A DNA stretch of 63,653 bases, filler included, from Octopus bimaculoides (Eukaryota): the NCBI RefSeq assembly GCF_001194135.2. It is 8 parts of 7 records of this genome, joined end to end, with 100 filler letters (N's around TTAATTAATTAA, not from the genome) between each part and the next. Parts side by side here need not be neighbours in the genome. Positions count along the whole stretch, not along the records: positions 1 to 10,044 come from NC_068981.1; positions 10,145 to 24,275 come from NC_068999.1; 6 more parts are not named here. One strand, 5' to 3'. Both the position numbers and the translations under genes were made by a program. A model generated the notes under the pieces. The model had not been told where the DNA came from and ran no database searches. It worked only from the letters and a program-made list of their open reading frames with translations. Shown here in pieces: positions 1 through 13,322 of this stretch. Each line of letters starts with the position of its first letter. The first letter of the stretch is position 1.

Positions 1-106
1 AAAGGACCTAGGGTGAGCTCATCCATTTCACGGGTCAGTTGACAAATTGATTGGACTCAACAAACACACGCATATGCACACACACACACACAAATGTGTA
101 TGTAAA

Positions 107-137
<31 letters not shown>

Positions 138-411
138 CCACACACCCACATACAACACACGTATTTCTCACATATATACAAACGAACATTCCGATGATTA
201 CGAACCGCTTCGAATAATCAACAACGTGACTATCAGAGCCACGATTGAATCTATGTTGCTGCATTAATACTCATTCATGCGTTACACTGAAGACTGAACA
301 AATAAAGATATAAATACAACAATCCGCAGTAGAGTTTCATAAGAAACAGTAATTTCACTTACATTTAAATTACATTTGTAATTATTGAAGAAAGAATGCT
401 ACATTATTCAC

Positions 412-485
<74 letters not shown>

Positions 486-707
486 TGATATCATGAGTGT
501 ATTTATGTGAAGTTTATATAAAAGCAATTCAAAATTAAGTTGAAGTCTCGCCCAATACTTTTTGGTAGAATATATAGTTACTAATTTTTTTTATACATGA
601 AAAAATGGTCATAATTACTTCGAAGTTTCATCTTACCAGCATCAGCTTTCTATACTGACAATTTCATGACGACTGGTAACTTGCACTGTACATACATACA
701 TATATGC

Positions 708-741
<34 letters not shown>

Positions 742-1179
742 NNNNNNNNNNNNNNNNNNNNNNNNNNNNNNNNNNNNNNNNNNNNNNNNNNNNNNNNNNN
801 NNNNNNNNNNNNNNNNNNNNNNNNNNNNNNNNNNNNNNNNNNNNNNNNNNNNNNNNNNNNNNNNNNNNNNNNNNNNNNNNNNNNNNNNNNNNNNNNNNNN
901 NNNNNNNNNNNNNNNNNNNNNNNNNNNNNNNNNNNNNNNNNNNNNNNNNNNNNNNNNNNNNNNNNNNNNNNNNNNNNNNNNNNNNNNNNNNNNNNNNNNN
1001 NNNNNNNNNNNNNNNNNNNNNNNNNNNNNNNNNNNNNNNNNNNNNNNNNNNNNNNNNNNNNNNNNNNNNNNNNNNNNNNNNNNNNNNNNNNNNNNNNNNN
1101 NNNNNNNNNNNNNNNNNNTATACATATGTGCATATGCTAATATACATATATGGATATTTGTGTGTTTTTATAATATGTG

Positions 1180-1340
1180 TCTCCGTGTTGACAACTAGCA
1201 TTGATTTATTTATGTTCCCGTAACCTAGCAGTTCGATAAGACAGAATAAGTGTCACATTTTAAAATATAAATACTGGGGCCAATCCATTTGACTAAACTT
1301 TTCAAGGTAGTGCCACAGTCTGAAACAAATAAAAGATAAA
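1180..1340 (+). mobile_element. Family A SINE, 3' half
   Basis: GTAACCTAGCAGTTC..GAATAAGT..CTGGGG..GACTAAA..CTGAAACAAATAAAAGATAAAA matches the 3' half of the 5967-6382 copy. Confidence 0.7.
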
Positions 1341-2254
1341 ACATAAAGTTCTCATTTATATGCACACGCAGATGCAGAGAAATATACGAACTAAATTAAA
1401 GGATTCTAGCAAAGTTTTTATTGTTTCTTTCCCTTATAACACGTCTAAGAATATTAGAAAAAGAATTTTAAAAGAAGTATATGTCTTTCTATCAAATCTG
1501 GAAAACCCTAAAACGATCGAATTAATATTTGGGTAACATGAAGCCATGCAACATCTGTATCACAGAAAATTTAAAACTTGTTTGCTACGGTCTATTTTCT
1601 GGACAAACATCCTGAATGTTTTTGATCTCCAGACCTCGAAGAAATATAGACCCAGTAAAGTAGTCCTGACAGCTAAGATAGTTATAGTTGTAACAACAGC
1701 AATATTTGCATTAATAATATCTACATATTATATGCTGTGGTATAGTGTAAGAAGATAGAGAAATGACACGTCGAGAGAAATGAATGGCTAAAAGTTGGGG
1801 GGGCATGTATATTTTCAAATACCGCTAATGATGGAACAGCAGTCAATTGGTTAATTGGTAGAGACGTTTGAGCATCTGATAGAATGCCTTATAATATTTG
1901 TTCTAGTTGTTTGCAGTTGTCAGTTCTCTAGTTTTGGGAGTCAAATGATGATATAGTACAAAAATTCTGTACTTCATATTAAAATACACCTTCTAAATGC
2001 AAGTCAGGAACTATCTATATCTTTTGCCTTCTACAAAGTAGTGCATCATGGCCTGGAATAATTTGGCAATAGCCAAATCTTTAACTGATAACTATTTTGT
2101 TATACTTTCTCCATTGGCGTAGGAATATCAGTGAAGCCAGAATTGTATATCGTAAATTACTTGATCCCGAAGCAAGGCTATTTAGATCTAATGAGAAAGC
2201 AGAAGAAAAGGGAAAATGATAGTTTGTTAGAGAGAGAAAGTGATAGAGGGGAAT

Positions 2255-2293
<39 letters not shown>

Positions 2294-4574
2294 ATAGAGA
2301 ATATTAGATAAATAGATAGATAGATAGAGAGAGAGAGGGGGAAGGAAAGAGATTTAATATACACACATATCATGGGAAATGCATCCGGTTACCTATACGC
2401 TAATGCTTGATTTATGAGGTTATTCAGTGATGGCGTATTTGCATGCATCTATATTTGATGTGTCCTTATGATTCGTTATTGTGGAGATTAAGTTTCCCTA
2501 ATCATCATTGCATCTTCAGCTGTTTTCTTATATTTTTTCGTTCTGCGGTGTCCTCTGACACTATTATGATTGTAATATTCTTTGCAAATAATATTAGTGA
2601 ACAGGAAAGTAACAAAATCTAATAAGTGGAAACTCAAGTATTTTGAAACTCTCTCTCACTTTCCCTCGTTCTCTAAAGTAGGCTGTTAAGGTATTTTTAT
2701 TTAAACACAGGGCTTCCATTTTGATTACCACTATCATTATAAACAGCCATGCGCCGCTTCGCAGTAAATTAAAACAGGAGGAATAAGAAAACAACAACAA
2801 CAACAAAAATAACACCGACACAAAGTATAAAACGCAGACGTTGTTATAGCAACTCATCATGCAAATCGGAGAAGTATTGTACAGGTCATATCAATGGCCA
2901 CTTGCTTCAGAATGGGGAGGCATGGCAGTCATATTTTAATGGTGGTTTGCTGAAATATTGTTTCAGTGTAATAAGTAACACTGAATAATGTCGTCCGACA
3001 CGCGCGCGCGCGCTATTTATGTATCTACCTGTTTGTCTGTATGTATGTATATGCATATACATTTATATATATATATATATAATAAATAATAAATGAGTAT
3101 ATGCATATATACGTACAGGTATGTGCATACCTACGTCTACCTGTATATATAGGTGCATATCTGGGTACAGGACATTGCAAACAAAACGTAGACAAGAAAA
3201 TAATAATAACCAGAGTACAGAAAACACACAAGCCACATAGAGAACATTTTCCTTCATCAGTTACCCCCATTTTAACACCGGCGTTTCGAAGAGTTGGACA
3301 GGACGCATCGTTAAAATGGCTCTTCCCATGGACCGCAAATTAAATTTGTATACACAAATTAAACTTGTGCCATGGAGGAATGTAGTAGCGGACAAAAAAC
3401 AAGACAGGAAAACAAACGGAAAAGAAAACAAGACAGGAAAACAAACGGAAAAGGCTATGCGGCCAGACGTGAAAAATTATGTGTATATGAACGCTGTGAG
3501 GCACGAACTGAAAGTCGGACGAAGTAAGTTCGCGTGTTTGCTCGGCGATAGCCAAGGAAGAAAAGGATTAGTGACCGGAAGCATGTGACCAGGGAGGGGT
3601 AAGGAAGAGAGAGAGAGAGAGTGATAGAGGGAGAAATAAGGGGAGGAAGTAGAAGAATAGGTGAACAACGAGGGAAAGAGAGGAAGAGAGGAATATAGTT
3701 GTAACAGAGGGAAGAACGAGAGGGGAAAGAGAGAGATAGAGTAGTAACAGAAGGAAGAACGAGAGGGGTAAAGTGAGATACGTAGTGGTAACAGAGGAAG
3801 AACGAGAGGGGGAAAAGTGATGTGACCCGTTTGGTCATCTGGGAAGTCTGAGTTTCCCAGCAAGGGAGTTTTATTTCGTGTTTTTTTCTTTTCCAAATTA
3901 TTTCGCATGCTTTCAACGAATGTGACATCGAAATCACGCGTAAACGGTTCCTTGCCCCGGAAAAGGAAAGATTTGGCTATTATTTCTTGCACCCCCTGCT
4001 ACCACGGAACAGGTATTTCGGGTTCTTTATTGCAAATAGCTATTACGTGTNNNNNNNNNNNNNNNNNNNNNNNNNNNNNNNNNNNNNNNNNNNNNNNNNN
4101 NNNNNNNNNNNNNNNNNNNNNNNNNNNNNNNNNNNNNNNNNNNNNNNNNNNNNNNNNNNNNNNNNNNNNNNNNNNNNNNNNNNNNNNNNNNNNNNNNNNN
4201 NNNNNNNNNNNNNNNNNNNNNNNNNNNNNNNNNNNNNNNNNNNNNNNNNNNNNNNNNNNNNNNNNNNNNNNNNNNNNNNNNNNNNNNNNNNCGTTATTTC
4301 ACACCGAGGTTACGAACGGGTCTTTTACGAAATATTTACCGTATTTTTAAAGTCATTTTCAATTTAAAATATTTTTTAAATATGCCAAAAAAAGTTTTTA
4401 ATGGTATTCACTTGAAAGTAATTATAAAAACACAAAAATATTGTCTGTTTAAAGACAGCTAAAATATAAATACTGTACAAACAACTGGCATTTTTGAAAT
4501 CACATTCACTTAAAATATTTTTAAATTATTAAAATATTGTGTGCGTCAAAAAGTCGACGTTTTTTCTTAGAGAG

Positions 4575-4646
<72 letters not shown>

Positions 4647-5966
4647 CGAAGACTATGTGTGTATATATGTCACAGATAGCGTACGTGTGTTTGTGTTGGT
4701 TCATACGCCATGACATTCATTATATGTGCGTGTATTCTATATGAGTGTATGTATGTTGACGTCAAGGAACCATAAGAAATAAACAAAAATTGTGTTTAAT
4801 CGTTTTTATTAATAAATTGCGGTCCAAATCTTACAAAACCTCATACTGCACTGCATAAGGTAAGTATGAAAATATAACTATAAAAAATTAAGATAAAATA
4901 TATTATTTCTGAGATATTTCAGGAACAAACATCTTCTAAAGTGTTAGTAATATTAAGATAGATTAAAAAACCCTCATAAATCAAGACATGATCTATAACA
5001 TGAGAGCATCTTTTCATACTTTACCAAAGGGACAAAAGTAATGAGCACGAACGAAAGGCAAGTTAGCGGTCACAGGCTCAGTCGACAGACAAACACGTAC
5101 TATGAAGAACAACTGATAACAAGCAAATGTAACGGAAATATAGAAACTAGCATACAAGCAGACTATAAGATGTTTGTTTATCGTGGCTAAAGGAATCTAT
5201 GATTTTATCACAATAAGTTCAACACCTTTCAAATCTAAAATCGATATATGCGGGATTGTCTTTTCAAATTCGTCATCAACTTCTGTCGACGTAAATGTAT
5301 TGATCGACACAGGGTTGACCTTGAATTACCGAAGATGGTTTTGCTGGACATTTTGGGAATATGTTAAGAGATTTAAGAAATGGGAATAAAGAATAAAAGG
5401 TTAACTTTGTCAAGTTATACATGTATATAGTATATTATATAATTTTACGTATATCTAATCTACTAAATATGTACATATTTACGTTATGTATGGTGCAGCA
5501 ATTGCTTTTTCATACAAAACTTGTAATACGTTGCAAAACATTTTAATGTTTGCTTTCTTTTATAATTCTGCGACAAGTAATCACTAATATCAATGTGCGA
5601 TCATAAAAAGAATTTTCTGTATAGAGAATAGACGATGACAAAATCGATATAGACGACAACGTAATTGAAACTGAAGATGACGAAATTGAGGTTGACGTTG
5701 ACAAATCTGAGGTTGACATTGACGAGATTGATGGGGAAATGGTGTAGCTTAGGAAGGAACAAGCACCTGTCATTAATTAACAGAAAGGACACTTCAAAAA
5801 TTAATTTAATCGATCGGACTTGTAGATACTCACATTGGCCTACGTAAATTACATGCGGTTCAACAGAACCCTGAATGTAGTTAAATCTGCTAGAAAATCA
5901 TCTTCAATGGCGAGGGATTTTCGACGACGACGACGACGATGATGCTAAACATATATACATACATAA

Positions 5967-6128
5967 GCGCAGGAGTGGCTGTGTGGTAAGTAGCTTGCTT
6001 ACCAACCACATGGTTCCGGGTTCAGTCCCACTGCGTGGCACCTTGGGCAAGTGTCTTCTACTATAGCCTCGGGTCGACCAAAGCCTTGTGAGTGGATTTG
6101 GTAGACGGAAACTGAAAGAAGCCCGTCG

Positions 6129-6161
<33 letters not shown>

Positions 6162-6382
6162 GTATGTGTGTTTGTGTGTCTGTATTTGTCCCCACACCAT
6201 CGCTTGACGACCGATGCTGGTGTGTTTACGTCCCCGTAACTTAGCGGTTCGGCAAAAAGAGACCGATAGAATAAGTACTAGGCTTACAAAGAATAAGTCC
6301 TGGGGTCGATTTGCTCGACTAAAAGGCGGTGCTCCAGCATGGCCGCAGTCAAATGACTGAAACAAGTAAAAGAGTAAAAGAG
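5967..6382 (+). mobile_element. Full-length tRNA-derived SINE, family A (CORE/OR2-like; assignment tentative)
   Basis: A-box-like TGGCTGTGTGGTAAG and B-box GGTTCAGTCCC; CORE-like CACCTTGGGCAAGT; internal TA/TG microsatellite; 3' tail GACTGAAACAAGTAAAAGAG. Many further copies in the window. Confidence 0.9.
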
Positions 6383-6614
6383 TATATACACACTACACAA
6401 AGACACATACACACATAGAAATAGATATAGAGAGAGATATGGGTGGGAGATAAGAAAGAGGAAAGTCATTGATAGGAAGAGGAAGAGGAAAAGCTGTTTG
6501 AGATGGTTGAAAGATGTGATTATAATAGTTGGGAGGTGCAGCGATTTTTATCAGTTAAGCACACTTCCCAAAGCACATATTTACGCCTTATCATCGTTCT
6601 TGGTATTTTGTTCT

Positions 6615-6651
<37 letters not shown>

Positions 6652-6851
6652 CTCATTGTTGTTGTTGTTGACTACTTCTCTTACTGTCGTTGTTGTTTTC
6701 TGTTGTATTTCCTCTGTGTTTTTTTTTCTTCTGTATATTTTCAGTTTTCAGATTTTGGAAACCGGAACTAATATTATCCTCCTTTCAGGAATTAGTTGGG
6801 GGTGAGATTTGTAGACAAGTCATACTTTCTTCTTCGCGTGAACGCATATAC

Positions 6852-6904
<53 letters not shown>

Positions 6905-8676
6905 NNNNNNNNNNNNNNNNNNNNNNNNNNNNNNNNNNNNNNNNNNNNNNNNNNNNNNNNNNNNNNNNNNNNNNNNNNNNNNNNNNNNNNNNNNNNNNNN
7001 NNNNNNNNNNNNNNNNNNNNNNNNNNNNNNNNNNNNNNNNNNNNNNNNNNNNNNNNNNNNNNNNNNNNNNNNNNNNNNNNNNNNNNNNNNNNNNNNNNNN
7101 NNNNNNNNNNNNNNNNNNNNNNNNNNNNNNNNNNNNNNNNNNNNNNNNNNNNNNNNNNNNNNNNNNNNNNNNNNNNNNNNNNNNNNNNNNNNNNNNNNNN
7201 NNNNNNNNNNNNNNNNNNNNNNNNNNNNNNNNNNNNNNNNNNNNNNNNNNNNNNNNNNNNNNNNNNNNNNNNNNNNNNNNNNNNNNNNNNNNNNNNNNNN
7301 NNNNNNNNNNNNNNNNNNNNNNNNNNNNNNNNNNNNNNNNNNNNNNNNNNNNNNNNNNNNNNNNNNNNNNNNNNNNNNNNNATATATATATATATATATA
7401 AGTATATATACATATATATATCGGTAGATAGATAGATAGATACATATATATACACATATCTATACATACGAACACATACATACATCAGTATGCGTATGTA
7501 TGTATGTATGTATGTATGTATACCCTTAAATATGAACACACCAAAATGGCTCGACATTTTTGTAAACCGCAAACAGGTATGTAAATGGGTGTCTGGGTAC
7601 ATTTATTCTCGAGGGACTGCTATTTGGTTTCGAAAGTTTCTTACTGAGATTTTTGCACAGGGAGTATTTGAGGTGCAGTAACAGTAAGTAAATGTATATG
7701 AAACTAAGAATTCTTCGTATCTAAATTTTGCGAATATTCTCAAAGCAAGAATTTTTCATCTCGGTGTTGAAATATTGATAGAATGCCAACCACAGTGACC
7801 TTTTCTTCACTAGAAAGAACGAGGATCATTGGCAGAAACGATGGAATAGGCGCATTAAAAGTCTTTCGACACACGTGCGATAGAAGGAATCTTTCTCTGG
7901 TTGCTTGATATGCCAGACATAGCGACCGAATCTTCCGTATTACATCATACTGTCTTAAAAAATAAAGATAGTGGTTAAAAAGGATCAAGATAAAAATATA
8001 GTATTCTACTGTTAGACGTATTCCTCTTCATTCTTGAAGGATTGTGGACGCCCCATAGACTCATTAACACTGATTGAGTGCTCAGTTGAAATTTATTATT
8101 CTTTTTTATCAGCTGAGTGAATTGGGGCAATGAGAAATTAAATGCTTTGCTTAAGGATTCAACGTGCCTATTGGACCGAGAATCAAAATGACAACCTTAT
8201 GATAGAGAGACAGTTTGTCTAATTATTTGGTCACACACCCTCTAAGACACTGGATAAGGTAAAAAAAAATATAATTGAAAGAGACCTGAAGTATAAGCAA
8301 CACTATTACGATATTCAACTCCGAATCTTTATGATTTGTGTTCAAAACATGCCGAAGTTGACTTTAACTGTCGGCGTCGATAACAAGAAATGACATGAGT
8401 CAATGGGAGAGACCCTAGGTAGGTGGTAGGTCAGCTAAAAATTTCAACCAACTATCTGTCAAACCAGGCCCAACTGACTTCTAAAATGGGGAAGTAACAA
8501 TACATTTGAAAATACAGTACTAGATATGCTTAAAAGATGAAATGGTCTTAGGTGAAATGTCTGATTACAGATCTGCTCGATCGGATGTGATCTGGGCAAA
8601 AAAGTAAAAAGAAAAAGAAAAAGAAAGAAACATCTAATAGTAATGCACAAGATTCAATCTGAGTGAAAATTCCAAT

Positions 8677-8930
8677 TAGTGGTTAGGCTGTCGCACTCAC
8701 GATCGCTAGATCGTGGGTTCGATTCCCAGAAGGAGCGGTGCGTTATTCTCTTGCGCAAATCATTAATTTCACGTTGCTCCAGTTCTCCTTTCGATTACGG
8801 ATGGAATGTTGGCCTGTTCGCCTAGCCAGCAGGATGGTGTCATTCGAAGACTAAAATGATATAAAGCGCACTGTGACCAGCGATGTTTAACAACATCTGA
8901 AAGTTTGGTCGGTCACGTGATCACGTGATA
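8677..8930 (+). mobile_element. tRNA-derived SINE (separate family)
   Basis: TAGTGGTTAG...GGGTTCGATTCCC Pol III boxes; ATTTCACGTTGCTCCAGTT central motif shared with 18503-18686; ends CACGTGATCACGTGATA. Confidence 0.7.
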
Positions 8931-9019
8931 CCTATTGACAATGATTCGTAATTTTGCTGAAAAGTTGTAAATGTTTGAGCGGAATGAGTGATGTAATCGG
9001 TTTCCAATACTTTCTTGCA

Positions 9020-9960
9020 CTAGGAAAACCCAAAGACAACAACAAACCTACTCTTAAAACATTACCCTACATATCAATATACAACCCCAGAAACACAGAA
9101 GCATTCAGCACAATCATGTAAAATCTACCAATACTACATAAGGACCCCAAACTGCAAGGAATTCTACGTTACCTTAAAAAAGTCAAAAGCAACAAACAGC
9201 CCAAGTCACTAAATAAAATACTAACAAATGCAAAATTACATCCAGCTACAACCAACGCAAAAGTGAAAAAATGTAATCGCTCAAACTGTGGAACATGCCC
9301 CAACCTTTTGGAAGAGTCAGAATACCATTTCACACAAGGGCAACAGTTTACAATCAAATCAGATTTCACTTGTGCGTCCGAAAATTTAATTTATGTGATT
9401 AGATGCTGGGGCTGCCAAAAAGATTATGTCGGAAATGCACCGGCAACAAATAGCTTCACCAGAATATCGCCAGATATATCTCTGCGAACACATTGACGTA
9501 TGTACTAAACAATTGCAACCACAATTCTATATATTCCCTCTGTAGAAATTTATTAACTGGATCTCGACACAAGCTCGTCATCCAGAAATATAAACCAGAA
9601 CTGAACATTAATCCATTTTAGTAACAACCAACCCCCACTAGAACAGAAAAATGACCAATTCTTCTCTTCACCCTCGAAATATTTGTAAATAACCTCTAAA
9701 ACTTGTGTATATATCTCGCAAATCTGTGCACACTAAGAATATCAGTTTAAAGATCTTAACAATACTTGGAAAGTAACTTGTAATTTTCAGATAAAGTGAA
9801 AAGTTACATCCCTTGACTGCAAAATTATTGTCAACAACAAAAATGGCGTTCCCATGAGTTAAATCTGAGACTTTGGAAGTTTGATAAGTGGAAAACGCGA
9901 AACCGGTACTCCTAGTTTATTATATAATGTTGTAATACAACTCTTCGTTTCATTATGATA
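9020..9960 (+). mobile_element. Penelope-like element 3' remnant (GIY-YIG endonuclease region, stop-disrupted)
   Basis: Translation LPYISIYNPRN...KCNRSNCGTCPNL...FTCASENLIYVIRCWGCQKDYVG shows the Cys/Zn-knuckle plus IY..C..C...YVG signature of PLE endonucleases. An in-frame stop lies upstream and a frameshift downstream. Confidence 0.85.
9875..9912 (+). ncRNA. Degenerate type-I hammerhead motif in PLE tail
   Basis: TTGATAA (core remnant) GTG-GAAAA-CGC GAAA, palindrome ACCGGT, then A (GUA site). Located about 400 bp downstream of the PLE ORF. Confidence 0.45.
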
Positions 9961-10709
9961 TTAATATTAGCATAAATTTCATTATACAAATCTCCTGTGC
10001 ATTTTTACATTTTTTTCTTTCTGATATATATATATATATATATANNNNNNNNNNNNNNNNNNNNNNNNNNNNNNNNNNNNNNNNNNNNTTAATTAATTAA
10101 NNNNNNNNNNNNNNNNNNNNNNNNNNNNNNNNNNNNNNNNNNNNTATATATATATATATATATTTATTTATACTTGCAAACACACAATTTAATAACACCT
10201 AATCTGAAACTAATTTAACCTGTTGCACATTAACAAATATAAGTCATTAGGTAAATGCTAATAACCTAATAGTCAATGGCATATCAAGTAATCGCTCACT
10301 AATCGGAATGGTAGCCGGCTCATTATCCAGCCAGATATAACATGGTAGACCGTAAGTTTTATTAATTGAGGAATGTCTTTCATAAACTTCTCTAAGCATA
10401 TTGGTGGCAAGACATTAGATACAATACGTGCAAATTGTGTCACTTGAAAGTAAAAGTGATAATAAAACGGTAGGAGTAGTAGTAGCAGCAGCAGCAGTAA
10501 CAGTAGCAGCAGTGGTAGTGGTAGTAGTATTAGTATTAGTAGCAGTAGTAGCTGAAACACCAGCACCAATCACACTAGTCACGTGTTAGATAAACCGGAT
10601 CACCAGCTGAAGTGCAGACGAGCGCTGTATAATGTATGAACGTCGTCTTCGTCATTGTCCTCATCGTCATTGATGTCGTCGTCGTCATCGTCATCATTAT
10701 CATTATCGT

Positions 10710-11046
10710 GGCACTCCGTCGGTTACGACGACGAGGGTTCCAGTTGATCCGATCAACGGAACAGCCTGCTCGTGAAATTAACGTGCAAGTGGCTGAGCAC
10801 TCCATAGACACGTGTACCCTTAACCTAGTTCTCGGGGGAAGATTCAGCGTGACATAGAGTGTGACAAGGCTGGCCCCTTTGAAATACAGGTACAACAGAA
10901 ACAAGAGGAAAGAGTGAGAGAAAGTTGTGGTTAAAGAGTACAGCAGGGTTCGCTACCCCTTCTCACTGCCGGAGCCTCGTGGGGCTTTAGGTGTTTTCGC
11001 TCAATAAACGCTCACAACGCCCGGTCTGGGAATCGAAACCGCGATC
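10710..11046 (-). mobile_element. tRNA-derived SINE, family C
   Basis: Minus-strand B-box GGTTTCGATTCCC; 3' end CGTAACCGACGGAGTGCC followed by (GAT/GAC)n. A second truncated copy lies at 23442-23566. Confidence 0.75.
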
Positions 11047-11109
11047 TAACCTCTGGGCCATTGCGCCTCTACATCATCCTTATAGTTGTTGGTATTATTA
11101 TTATTATTA

Positions 11110-11177
<68 letters not shown>

Positions 11178-11180
11178 TTT

Positions 11181-11395
11181 AAGGTGGTGAGCTGGCAGAA
11201 TCGTCAACGTGCTGGAGGAAATGCTTAGCGGTATTTCGCCCGTCGTTACGTTCTGAGTTCAAATTCCGCCGAGAGTCGACTTTGCCTTTCATCCTTTGAT
11301 AAATTAAGTACCAGTGAAACACTGGGGATCGATGTAATTGACATATCCCCACGCCTAAAATGGCTGTCCTTGTGGCAAACTTTGAAACCATTATT
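11181..11395 (+). mobile_element. tRNA-derived SINE, family B (central domain resembles Meta/MESC; tentative)
   Basis: GAGCTGGCAGAATCG A-box, GAGTTCAAATTCC B-box, GTCGACTTTGCCTTTCATCCTTT..GATAAATTAAGTACCAG central domain; flanked by (TAT)n. Confidence 0.85.
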
Positions 11396-11397
11396 AC

Positions 11398-11460
<63 letters not shown>

Positions 11461-12989
11461 TAAGACGGCGAGCTGACCGAATGTACCAGTTGAAATCGCA
11501 ATTGTATGTAATCGATTATTCTCCTCCTATAAAATTTCAAGCCATGTGACTATGGTAGAGAAGACTATTATTCCCATCGTTATTATTATTATTATTATTA
11601 TTAATATTATTATTATCATTATTATTATTATCATTATTATTATTATTATTATCACCACCATCAGCATAATCTCTGAATAGATATGAAACGCAAAGATAAC
11701 ATTCCTAACAGCACGTTTATCTTCTTTTGTAAAATATGTTAACCTCAAAGCTAGGACTTCAAAATGTTTAAAAGTTGTTTCCGTTTTTAGAAACGATAGC
11801 GTATAGATTTTGTTGTCGTCAGAACTACTTCGGTTTATTGCATGGAATAGACTGAGTGATTGCGTACACTCGTGTTTCTTTGTTAGTTTATGAGTCACCC
11901 TCATTGTCCTGCCTCGATAGACGCTGACAACAAGCAGCAGCGACAGCTGCTCTTCCTGTGGAAGCTTTTTAGACCATTGCGGTTTGATTAATCGCATTTG
12001 GAAGCGTAATGAAATGGAGAGGCAGGTTTAAAAGCCAAACTGCGAACTTGATGGTGGCAGAGCTGGGGAACATTTCTCTTTAGTGAAACAGACTGTGTAT
12101 AGGTTGATTGATTAGTTCGGCTTTTAGACATCGAATCGAATTGAGCAGTGGCCCGGGAGTCGAAGCTTGACGTATTCGTCAAAAGACGTATTTCATCAAT
12201 GTTGCACCATCAGCAACCTGCAAAAGGTTCCTCAGAGAAATCGATCAATCAATCAAATTTGTTAAAGAGTTGATTCGATCGGAAAACTTCCAGAAAGTAC
12301 TGGAAGTTACAAGCGAGATGTTTGAATCAGAATATCAAACATGATTTTTCAATTTCCTTTTTTCATTTATCATTCACAAATTCATTTGATTTTTCGTTCA
12401 AATGAAACCCCTTCTGTTCTTATAATCTTCTTGCCTAGGAATACATTTTTCTCTTCATCAATCGCATTCAGTTTCGAAATTGGAAAGGAGTCGTTCCCCA
12501 ACTCCTAACTAGTTGATTGTCTACATCAATTCGAAGGTGAGTGGAAGACAGCTTTGTAATGCTACAAATCTCATTCATGTACACTATTTTCTTCAGATTA
12601 ATTTTTAAAAAAAATAGGGTGGAGTGGAAAAAAATCTTTTTAAAATACATCATTAAAGACTAATTAATCAACCCGAGTCGTTGTTTTTGTTGCTGCTTAA
12701 CCTAGACTTAACAATGATTACAACATATTTTACAGACAGTTTATGCCAAACTAAATTTATATGCGTACTTTTCAAACTCAGTAAGGTGTAATTTTTGAGA
12801 AGCGTCCCTGTTATTTCTTGCTAGTAAAGCGACCACCTAGAGGCTCCTTCGTCAGCTCGTAATGAACACGAGTAGTCTATGTTAGGGGAAAAAGAAACAT
12901 TAAGCGTAGAGTAATACACAAGAATGTTCTCGTATCTGGGTTCTAATCCGGCTGGTTTCAATTTGATTTCATATTAAATGATAAATAAT

Positions 12990-13322
12990 TTTTTTCTGCT
13001 ATAGGCCCAAAGCCTAAATATTTTCAGGGAAGGGCGTTGTCGAATACACCAACCCCAGCGCTCAACTGGGACTAACTTTATTGATCCCGAAAAGATGAAA
13101 GGCGAAGTCGACCTCGGTAGAATTTGAACTCAGAACGTAAAGAATTGGAAGAAATACAGCTTAGCATTTTTTTCCTGGGTGCTAAGAATTCTGCCAGATC
13201 ACCACCTTTTAATAAATGATAAATGATCATTTCTACTGGAGGCACAAGGCCTCAAATTTGCGGGTAGGGGACTGTCGATTATATCGACCCCAGCGTTTCA
13301 CTGGTATTTAATTTATCGACCT
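12990..13322 (-). mobile_element. Family B SINEs, two adjacent copies
   Basis: Reverse complements of family B motifs (GATGAAAGGCGAAGTCGACCTCGG..AATTTGAACTCAGAACG); the second copy runs into a gap. Confidence 0.75.

Noticed and set aside
616-650. Minus-strand GAAA plus palindrome ACTTCGAAGT plus A after CTGATGC
   Set aside because: Core A9 is altered and neither helix I nor helix II pairs; kept only as a weak member of the census.
1546-1758. 70-aa ORF with a C-terminal hydrophobic helix and an upstream acceptor-like site
   Set aside because: No recognisable family; such ORFs arise by chance in AT-rich DNA.
7531-7690. Exon-intron-like pattern (CAG|GTATGT ... TTTTGCACAG|...|GTAAGT)
   Set aside because: The spliced product is only a 21-aa peptide or hits an immediate stop; no homology recognised.
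10089-10100. TTAATTAATTAA embedded in N runs (also 24320, 43142, 53028, 57747, 59942, 62362)
   Set aside because: An identical 12-mer centred in about 100-bp N spacers, with stops in all six frames, is a scaffolding linker, not biology. Adjacency across these joins is uncertain.
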